64,000 nucleotides of DNA, taken from NCBI GenBank assembly GCA_000182565.2, contig KQ257460.1; one strand, 5' to 3'. The stretch is from Spizellomyces punctatus DAOM BR117. Taxonomy: Eukaryota. Of this stretch, positions 26,918 through 36,900 are shown piece after piece. A program made the position numbers and the translations under genes. Numbering within the stretch: the stretch's first letter is position 1; each line of letters begins with the position of its first letter. The notes under the pieces were generated by a model. It was not told the origin of the DNA, searched no databases, and saw nothing but the letters and a program-made list of their open reading frames with translations.

Positions 26918-28291
26918 TCAACTGCGCCTTTTTTCCTTTGCTTTATCCTTTCCCTTCGCCGCGATCTTTTTGACACCTCCTGCCCCCTGGTGCATGTGCT
27001 TCCCACGTCCAGCTTCGCGAATTGCTTCCCGCACTTTTTGCATTCTAGCAATGTGTTGACGGGTTTTCTCTGTATCTGTGAGTGTGTCTTTCTCGCCGGA
27101 AGGCTCTTCCCTGTCATCTCGGTCACGTGTATCGGTGCCAAAGCCCGGAACGCGAATACCCCAGTCTTGTTCTAGAAGTAAACTCGTATAAGAGGGGTGG
27201 CGATGATGGTAACATTATGCATAAAGCACAAGGCAGGAGCCTGTACATACCCAGTGGTATTCTTGCATCCCGCACGGCGACTGAATCCGAGCCCCGATGC
27301 CGTGCCAACTTGCATGCTTTTTCGGTTACCCGTGCAATGAAGTCATTGGCAATCTCCAGCATCATCTATTGTCATTCGAGTGATGATGAGATGTGGAAGT
27401 TACGTTGAAGGTGCATGCAGAAGTCACACCTCTTCGACATCATTTTCCAACCTCTGCAATGGATCCACCTGAGCCACCATATGCCGTATCCTGTCTTTCG
27501 TCAATATTGGTAGAGTACTGGGATCAACAGGGGGCATAGTGGGTCGTGTGGATAGTCCCGCTGCTCCAGGAAGCATAGGGGGTCGAGAGGATGCTGCTTG
27601 CAAGTTTGCCGACAGACTTGAGATGATTGAGGAATGCATGTTACGAGCCGTGTTGGGAGTTTGACGGTTATGTTGGGTGCTTGCCGCGCCTAAATTGGTT
27701 CCTTTTGTTAGCCCTCTATCCCCACCAGTAGGATATAATTGCTGTCAACAGTTGCTCACCTGTCACTATAGACCCTGCTGCATTCTCCAACCCTGGAACT
27801 GCACTTGATATGCTGGCCTGTCTTTGAAAATCGGGAGGATTCTGGGGGGAGGCAACAGGTGTGGCGCCGGGAGTAGATGAAGGGGTTGCTCCTGGTAGAC
27901 CGGTAGCAGCAGGGTTCCCGTTGGGAGACGCTACGTTGTATTGGTTCATGTAATAATGCAGAGCCGCCAAGTAGGTTGGATATTGTGGGTGACCGGGCTG
28001 GTAGTGAAAAACGTTTCCGGCGGCAGTCGTTGCTGTGGTTGGCGAGTTGGGAAGAGACACAGCGACGGCAAGTGGGGAGGAGGAATATTGGGGTACAGAC
28101 TGTGAACGAAGAAGCGGCGCTGGTCGCACTGCAGGAGAGCCTGCCATCGTACTCGGCGGAAGCACAGGGGACGCAAATGTGGCAGATGATGTGGATGTCG
28201 TGTCTGATGCACTGCTAGGAATGCGAGCCATCGAAACACCACGCCCTCTTCCTCTACCACGACCTCTTCCCGAGTGTGGCGTGTCGGACAT
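26918..28291 (-). CDS. TAF12: TFIID/SAGA subunit TAF12 (histone fold) with low-complexity N-terminus
   Basis: ILTKDRIRHMVAQVDPLQRLENDVEE / MMLEIANDFIARVTEKACKLARHRGSDSVAVRDARIPL / EQDWGIRVPGFG, with GT-AG introns between these blocks. Confidence 0.88.
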
Positions 28292-28578
28292 TGTTTAGTT
28301 CAGTCTGCACAAGGAAGGAGCAAGCCCAACCAGAGATCGCCTATCGAAGCCTCTGGCTAACGAAAGTGAAGTGTAGGTTCACGCCTTTTCTCGCAATTGG
28401 CATTAGTATGCTTATATGGTGTCTATCATGCTCTCCCCGGCCGCAAATGGTGCAGGTATTCTTATCGTTTTCAAGAAATGGCAGAGGAGGAAGATCTAAT
28501 AGTGCATCCTACTAGGCCTATTCAGCAACGCGAGCTTCCAAGATCCTTGTTGCCATGACAGGCTGCTGACACAACCCA

Positions 28579-29766
28579 GTGCTCCGATCTTCCCAGCGTG
28601 CGATGGCTTTATGCTTTTTGTCCTCCCCATCGTCTTACGGGATTAGTTTGTGTGCTTTTCCTAATCTTTACTTGACTGAAGCAACGGGCATGATTAGGAC
28701 ACCGAGCGATGCGATAGGATCCTGGGCAGAACCTGAAAGTGATATCGACAGTTACGCGGGAAACAGGTTGGATGTGCCGTCACTGAAACCCTCAATGAGG
28801 AGGTATGGTGTAGCGTACTTACAGTACAATAGTGCTTCCTCCACTATTACAGATGTGGATACATGCACGATCGATTCTTGCGGAATGGCGAGTACAGGGT
28901 CGTCTGTGCCGATTACCCCCCGCGGTCCGATAAGCGTTCTCCCACAGTTCTCATTTCCTTTACCTCCTTTGCTATGCCCGGTATCCCATAGCCCAATCCA
29001 ATTTCATGACCATACCGTGGGTTACAAGGTATTGATGGAAAGCGATCGAGTCTCCCGTTATGAACTCTGTGAAACTTGTGTCAGTCCGTGCAATGCTCAG
29101 CACACAAATGAAGGCATGGCAGCAACCTCACAAGCTTTGAATTTAATGGAGGACTTTTGGACTCGTTATCAAGGAAAGCTGGTTGGGTCTTCAAGCAGCT
29201 TGTTAGAGCCTTTTTCTTCAAGTCACCCACAATGCGTCGAGGATTTCTTTGCCTCGCGGAACGTGATCATGGTAGACGAATTTGGGGCAGCTTTTGACGA
29301 TTTGGGGTTTCCAAGTAACTCGGTGCAAGGTCTTCAATCCCGTGCGTCTGTGTCATTGCCAAGTCCTAGTAATCTTAAAAGGAGACAAGCCAAACGTAGT
29401 CCCACTTACCCTTTACGCAACGTCACCGCGAACCACTTCTCGCACGAGCACACGCAGCAGCAGCCTAAACGTGGGAAATTTTGGGCTACTGTCAAGGATC
29501 TAATAACCCGGGGACGTTGCACAGGCGCGGACTCACAGGATGTCGCTTTCAGTGACGTTTGGACCGATCAACTTGTGATAAGCGATGAGGGACGTCCATC
29601 ACTGGAAATCCGACCTCTAATGAAGCATGAACGACTATTGGGAATGGTGGAAGCAGGTGGTCACTACTTTGATGTGGAGACAGCACTTCGAAGGAGTCCG
29701 CTTAGGATCACAATGCTGGGCAAGCGTGCCTATAGATCTTTACCTCTGCCGCATCTGATGGTTTGA
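28579..29766 (+). CDS. Hypothetical protein; start uncertain, probably downstream of 28579
   Basis: 395-codon open frame with an ordered-looking C-terminus (ERLLGMVEAGGHYFDVETALRRSPLRITM). No family recognised. Confidence 0.55.
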   Translation: MLRSSQRAMALCFLSSPSSYGISLCAFPNLYLTEATGMIRTPSDAIGSWAEPESDIDSYAGNRLDVPSLKPSMRRYGVAYLQYNSASSTITDVDTCTIDSCGMASTGSSVPITPRGPISVLPQFSFPLPPLLCPVSHSPIQFHDHTVGYKVLMESDRVSRYELCETCVSPCNAQHTNEGMAATSQALNLMEDFWTRYQGKLVGSSSSLLEPFSSSHPQCVEDFFASRNVIMVDEFGAAFDDLGFPSNSVQGLQSRASVSLPSPSNLKRRQAKRSPTYPLRNVTANHFSHEHTQQQPKRGKFWATVKDLITRGRCTGADSQDVAFSDVWTDQLVISDEGRPSLEIRPLMKHERLLGMVEAGGHYFDVETALRRSPLRITMLGKRAYRSLPLPHLMV

Positions 29767-29957
29767 CAAACGCTTTTACCTATTCATACAGACTCGTCTG
29801 GTCCTCAAAAGACCGCAAAAATGGATCGGACAATGGACGTGTAGCTCAGCATAGCACATTATAATACGCATTAGAGTTAGTTTTTTAGCAGTGAAAGTCG
29901 AAATAGAAAAAATGGTGGTTTAGAACATCCCAATTGCGTTTATTAGAAAGTGAACAA

Positions 29958-30795
29958 TTACACAAGAGCTAACAGAGCGGAACGAGAACGGCGCAAAAGA
30001 AAAGAAAACAGCCGACAGTCAGTAACGAATACGAGGATCCGTGGAACTGTGTCATCACCTCACCTTCGTATGGGACAGGGCTGATGGTCGTAGGGCGGTT
30101 GTTTTTGGTGGACACATGGTGGGCCTTGGTGGGACCAACGGGCTGGCGCTTCAAGTTGAAAGAGACTAGGGGGCAAAACCTCTTAGCATCCATTCGAGTG
30201 GTTCACAATGTAATACGATCCGTCATCTTCAATTCGACACATACCACCCTTCTCTTTGGCTTCCTTCTTGGCAGCAGCATTAGCCTTAACCCGACGCAAG
30301 AAATCCAATCGGCAGTTGGAGTGCTTGATGTGTTCGACACGGATGTTGACACGTTTCTCAATGTAGCGGTTTCCAACCTGCTTGTTGATAATGATACCAA
30401 CGGAGCTCTTGGTAACATTGTAGATGATACCAGTTTTGCTATAAATGAGTAGTAAGCCACAACCGAACATCCACCTTCCCTCCTCCAACTGCGAAAACAA
30501 GTGGAAACTCGTACCCGTGGTAGAACTTGTGGGGCATACCCTTGTGGATCGCACCATTCGCCTTGATGTCGACGATGTCACCAACCTTGTAAGTCTTAAG
30601 ATAGGTAGACAACTTGACGGGACCCTTCGCCCGGAAGTCCCGAGAGAAAAGGTGCCTAGTCCGCGCCCTGAGACCTATTGGAGCAAGATTTTCCCCAAGT
30701 TCAGTTCCAATCCCTCGCCCAAAATCATCCCAATAAACGCAGAAACGTGCTCTCTTCCGCCAAAACACAATCCACTAACCGAATGAGTGAGGCAT
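29958..30795 (-). CDS. RPL21: 60S ribosomal protein L21 (eL21), multi-exon
   Basis: [89 protein letters not shown]. Confidence 0.97.
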
Positions 30796-31022
30796 TGTGG
30801 ATCACCTAAATCGACAACGTTTGTCAGCTTTCTTGGGTCATTCCAAGCCCGCAAAATCGCGACATGACGTTCCCCGCCACGCATTCGTCCTCGACATTGG
30901 CACATACCTGAATCAAAGGGATGTTCTCGAACCAAGTAATGACTCGGTTATTAACGAGCTCGAGACAGGAAAAAAAGGAAAAGTTCGTTGCCTGCCCGCA
31001 GCGTTGCGAAGAAAACTTATTG

Positions 31023-31043
31023 TCACGTGGAAGATATCACGTG
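31023..31043. promoter_or_regulatory. Two TCACGTG E-boxes in the RPL21/GPAT divergent promoter
   Basis: tcacgtg at 31023-31029 and atcacgtg at 31036-31043. Confidence 0.4.
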
Positions 31044-31248
31044 TAGCATGAATATTCTGCAATATAACCTTTTTGGGGATTCTTACGATATCAACCGCAG
31101 AACTCACAGAGCATCGGAAGTGCCCGGTGTTTTAACCGCTTTGACACCCCATTTTCTCATCTCCCCCGAACCTCATTGGCTTGCTGCGAGAAACGGATGA
31201 GCACTGGCCCGCTAACGTTTGGGATATTATAACTTTGATCGGATAGGC

Positions 31249-33661
31249 ATGTTCTCGATTTACGAGTTGCTTGTGGCCTTCTTCTCTCTCGCCCTTCGGG
31301 GTTTCTTTCGGGAGGTGAAGAGTCGCGGCTCCCACAAAATTCCACCCAGCGGTCCGGTTATTTTTTGCGTCGCACCTCATGCCAACCAGTTTGTTGACCC
31401 TCTCATGCTCCTTACCAACTGTGGACGCCGTGTTGGATTTCTGGCCGCGAAGAAGAGCATGGACAAGCCACATATTGGCATCCCAGCCCGGATCATGGGA
31501 GCGAGTGAGTACAGTGCAGCTTGACTCTACTGTCACATGCAAGCGAAGAATGAAACTCTGACTAATATGAATGATGGAATAGTCCCAGTTGTCCGACCTC
31601 AGGATTTGGTGAAAGCCGGCAAAGGCAAGATATACATGGATACGGAAAATCCCTTGATTTTGAAAGGCATTGACAGTATGTTGTTCTATTATCATTTGTT
31701 AAGCAGTTTAGTTCTTTTAACGGTGCTTTTGCTTTTAGCCGAATTCACGCGGGTGCTCCACTTCCGGGCGTTGATCAAACTCCCACAAGAGGCTGGCGCG
31801 TTTGAAGTTGTTGAGGTTCTTTCAGACACGGAAGTCAAAATCAAACGTGCGGTGGAGGGCAAAGAAGCGGTGGCCCTCCTTTCATCGGAGGGCGGGACGT
31901 CGTATAAAGTGATCCCGCATGTAGATCAAGCAGATATGTTTAACGCCGTAACGGAGCGATTGGAAAGGGGAGATTGTGTTGGAATCTTTCCAGAAGGAGG
32001 TTCTCATGATCGGCCGGAACTTCTACCTCTAAAAGCGGGTGTTACAATAATGGCCCTCGGAGCAATGTACAAAAATCCTGACCTCAACGTCCAAATTGTA
32101 CCCGTTGGGTTGAATTATTTCCATGCTGACAAGGTAGGGATCGGATTGCAAAGCTGCCTCCGGTTGCAATCTCGTCATTTGTCACTGACTGATAAATTGT
32201 AGTTCCGATCTCGTGCCGTCATCGAATTCGGAGATCCAATCCAGGTCCCCAGTGAATTAGTGGCACAATATGGCAAAGGCGGTCCGGAGAAGCGTGCAGC
32301 CTGTGCGATTCTATTAGACACCATTTACACAAGTCTAAAGGCTATTACCACAACGGCCCCCGATTATGATACGTTGATGGTGTGTCCCTCATTCCCCATT
32401 GTCGAATGTATTCATTCGTTTGGTACTGATCTTGTTGAGCAGGTAATCCAAGCGGCCAGGCGCCTGTACAAACCCCCGCACAAGCGTCTCAACCTGGATC
32501 AAACTCTGCTACTGTCTCGTCGTTTTACTGAAGTACGTCTTCCACATGCGGTGCAAGATGATTTAAAGTATGTGATTTACAGTTGAGGCTCGCAGGGCTA
32601 CCTGAAATACAGAAATGACCCACGCGTTCAAGATCTCACTGGTCGCGTTCTTGAGTATAATCGTCTTCTCTCTTATTACGGCATTCGGGACCATCAAGTC
32701 CAGCGAACAGCTGTTGGACGTTTATGGGCTTTGAGTCGGTTGCTGGCTCGTGTCATCGAACTTCTTGTTTTCGCATTTTTTGGGCTTCCAGGGTATGAGG
32801 TGCACAGGTTTTGGGAAGTGAATCTGTGTTTCTGACCCCCTATTGTAGTCTCGTTCTTACAGCTCCTATCTGGCATACTGCCAGACGCGTTGCGGCTGCT
32901 AAGATGGTTGGTAAGTATCCGTAGTCAGTTGTACAACACCGGCAATAGCATTTGAAAGATCTCGCTGTAACCAATCGTCTACTACAGAGGCAAAGGCAGG
33001 GTCCAGCGTCAAAATTTGGGGCAAAGACGTTGTTGCAACGTGGAAGGTGCTAACGGCCGTGTTCTTGATTCCTGTGTTCTGGTTCTTGTACACGGTAAGT
33101 TTCATCGACCAAGAGACTCTTCCCTCATGTCCGTTATCCTTGGCTCACCTGCCAGCTCTATAGTTGACGTCATTCCTGGTGTCATATTTCATTCTTGATC
33201 TTGGTCGTCGTCCCAGTTTGATAGTCACTGCTGTCATTGCGACCGCCATTCCGCTCCTCACCTGGGCAACAATTCATTGTTACGACCATGGCGCCGACAT
33301 CTTCAAATCCCTTCGGCCACTTTGGATGGCTGTGGTGGCGGGATCCTCGGCTCAACCCCTTCGTGATATGCGGCAGGATTTGGCGGAGCGCATTGCGAGG
33401 GGAATTGACGAATTGGGCCCGGAATTATATGGACCCGACTTTCACAGTACACGTATCGTCAGGGCGGAGGACGTTGACTATGGTTTGCGGTTGTCACAAA
33501 AGCTGCGGAGGGGAGAAGGTTTCCAAACACAGGATTTCCGATGGGATGAAGTGGATGAGCGCGAGTTTTCTGATGACGTATTTCTGTTCAAAGACGAAAC
33601 ACGGGGTGTTGTTCAGGGCGTATGGGGGGATGTTAGGCAGAGACGAGCTCGCTCGCTGTAG
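31249..33661 (+). CDS. Glycerol-3-phosphate/DHAP O-acyltransferase (Sct1/Gpt2-like), multi-exon
   Basis: Acyltransferase motifs APHANQFVDP, GIFPEGGSHDR, IVPVGLNYFH, FRSRAVIEFG and VIQAARRLY; GKDVVATWKV followed by C-terminal TM segments. An upstream exon is possible. Confidence 0.92.
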
Positions 33662-33946
33662 CCAAGCTGGGCAGAGGGTTAGCTGTTTACGGATGCTAGT
33701 CAAAACGTTCTGATACTTGGGAGGAGATAGTGAAGCGGATACTTCATCTGAAGCTAGAGTATGCATGTCCCAACCGTATTCATATCCTCCCAATGCAATA
33801 TTCATAAAATCTTCTCGTTGTGCTCGAGTGCTGATGGAGGTCGTTAGAACATTTTATGGCTGTTATTTTGCCAATAATATTTACAATAGTGTTTGACAGG
33901 GCCTAAAGTAGAATTTCCTCCCCGACAAATTAGAGTATACTAATAT

Positions 33947-36900
33947 TTACATCAAAGCCTCTTCCATTTCTTTGGGGTCCGGTGAATTTGGCCGCCGACA
34001 TATTTTCTTATGTCGCTGTTTCCATTTTTCCATATATTCCACTCTCCGTTCCATCTTGTCATATAAGATCTCCATCGATCTGCAAGCAGTTCAGAGAACA
34101 CAGGGTCAATATGTATATCATATGGCGAAAGATGGTGGGTTTTACATACCGTTTCTGCCTCAGCACTTCATCCACTCTTATCCGCACGCTCTCTCGTTCT
34201 GACACAATTTGTCCATGTGCTTCGTGTAGGAGATTCTCCAGCTTTTCAACCCTTCGTTGCAAGAAACATATAGTTTCCTTTTCAGCCTTTGCCTCTTCAG
34301 CCAGCACTCTGGTCTCGAGACTGTCCACGCGTACGCGTCTCTTCCGATCCGTAACTCCAAGTTGGCCCTTTTTCTGCTCGTGCTCCAGCTTCAAGCGTTG
34401 TACCTGCTCCTCTAAAGCAGATGTACTCTCCTGTTGTCACGATGTGTCAGCACCAAGTTATTCTTAAACGGGTGTATCGCAGCCAGTACCTTATTAGCGC
34501 GTGCCGCGTCTTCCAGACGTGTCAATTGCGCCTCCTTGGAAGCCGACTTCTCCGCCCATTCTCTAAACATTGCAACATGCAAGATTATTATACTGAATGT
34601 CTACATGCCAATCACGCGTTAGTGCAAACCAACCGGCGGTTTTTCATCATATCCTTCTCCATCTTTTGCAACGTTGTCCGATAGTGCGCCATAACGGCAT
34701 TCACATGTTGGATGTTAACAATAACCTGCGTCTTCATGTCTTCGAAATTCCTCGATGGCTTTTCTTCAAACTAAAGTCATTGGTATTCTGAGTTAGTCTT
34801 GGGTATGATATGGCTACGTGACCCTAGCAAATGGAGTACCTTCACACCAGGGATAGTTTGGAGTACGTTATTCATGGTCAATATCACTTGCAACTGCTGG
34901 CTGACTGTCAGCATCGTTGCCTCACAATCTTTGATATGGCGGAGGAACCTCTCCTTTTGTTCGCTGAACAATTTTCGGTCTCTGGAAGCATCGTCCTGCA
35001 TATCACGAATGGTTGATTTTGCTTGCTCAAGGGCTCCTTCTTTTGTTGCCTTGTCCTTCTCTAGATCGCGGATTTTTTGTTTGAACTGCTCTACGTCCGC
35101 TCTCTGTCGTTGCAAATCACGGATGGTTGATTTTGCTTCCTCAAGGGCCCGTTCTTTTGTTGCATTGTCTTTCTCTAGATCGCGGATTTTCTGTTTGAGC
35201 AATTCTACGTCCGCTCTCTGTCGTTGCAAATCACGGATGGTTGATTTTGCTTCCTCAAGGGCCCGTTCTTTTGTTGCATTGTCTTTCTCTACATCGCGGA
35301 TTTTCTGTTTGAGCAATTCTACGTCCGCTTTCTGCCGTTGCAATTCACGGATGGTTGATTTTGCTTCCTCAAGGGCCCGGTCTTTTGTTGACTTGTCTTT
35401 CTCCAGATCGCGGATTTTTTGTTTGAGATGTTCTACGTCCGCTCTCTGTCGCTGTCTGAGCAGTTCTACGTCCGCTCTCTGTTGTTGCAAATCACGAATG
35501 CTTGATTTCGCTTCCTCAAGAGCCCCTTCCTTTATTGACTTGTCCTTCTCTAGATCGCGCATTTTCTTTTTGAGCAGTTCTACGTCCGCATTCTGTCTTT
35601 GCAATTCACGGATGGTTGACTTTGCTTCCTCAAGGGCTCCTTCTTTGGTTGACTTGTCTTTCTCCATATCGCGGATTTTGTGTTTGAGCAGGTCTACGTC
35701 CGTTCTGTGTCGTTGTTGGAGCAGCTCTACGTCCGCTCTCTGTTGTTGCAAATCACGGATGGTTGACTTTGCTTCCTCAAGAGCCCCTTCTTTTATTGAC
35801 TTGTCCTTTTCTAGATCGCGGATTTTTTGCGTAAGCAGTTCTACGTCCGCTCCTTGTCGTTGCAATTCACGGATGCGTTCTTTCAATTCTGCAGTTTCTT
35901 CCAATAATATTTCGTGATGCCTAGCTTCCAGCTCCCGTTTTTCTTGTTCTTCTTTCGCTTGCCTGGCGGTACTCTCATCCCGCCATTTCGCCTCCAACTC
36001 GAATATTGTTTGCGTTTGAACCTCAAGCTCACGGCGCAGGTACATCATGTCCTGAGCGGTCGTTTCATTCGCGGTCTGGAAGTTCCAAATCTCTTCCTTG
36101 TATCCTTCCACTTCTAGTTGAATTTGCTGAAGTAAACTGGTAACGTGGGCATAGTCGTTTTCAAGAACGGCGGCGAGTTGGCTGTTCTTTATTTCAAGTT
36201 CTGCCTGGAGAGCGAGTAGTTCCAAGCTCCCCGGAAACGGGTTGCTGTGCGAAACGTCGCCGCTAACGGTTACGGATGTAGGGACAGGGTCAAGTACTTC
36301 ATAAAGCGCATTGTTTTGCTTATACTCCTTCTTGTGTTCCCTCAGCTCTTCCTGAAGGCTATTGTTTATCTTCTTGAACCTTTCATTCGCCTTCGCCGAA
36401 TCCGTCTTCGAAGCTTCCTCGTGTTTACGCTGCCGCAGTTCTTCATAAAGCGTATTGTTCTGTTCAAATTTCATTTTAAGTTCGCTCAGCTCTTCCTGAA
36501 GGCTATTGTTTATCTTTTTCAACTGTTCATTCGCCTTCGCCGAATCCGTCTTCGATGCTTCGTCGTCTCGACGTTGCCGCAGTTCTTCATAAAGGGTGTT
36601 GATTTGTTGATACTTCCTTCTGACTTCACTCAGCTCCTCCTGAAGGCTATTGTTCGTCCTTTTCAACCTTTCAATCGCCTTCGCCGAGTCCGTTTGCGAT
36701 GCTTCCTCGTCTCTACGTTGCCGCAGTTCTTCATAAAGGGTATGGGTTTGTTCATACTGCCCTTTGACTTCACTCAGCTCCTCCTGAAGGCTATTGTTCG
36801 TCTTTTTCAGCCTTTCAATCGCCTTCGCCGAATCCGTCTTCGATGCCTCCTCGTCTCTACGTTGCTGCAGTTCTTCATAAAGGGCGTTGATTTGCTCATA

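Noticed and set aside
30018-30060. GTGATGA...CTGA in the last RPL21 intron (minus strand)
   Set aside because: About 40 nt is too short for a snoRNA, and the CTGA is part of a branch-site-like TACTGAC.
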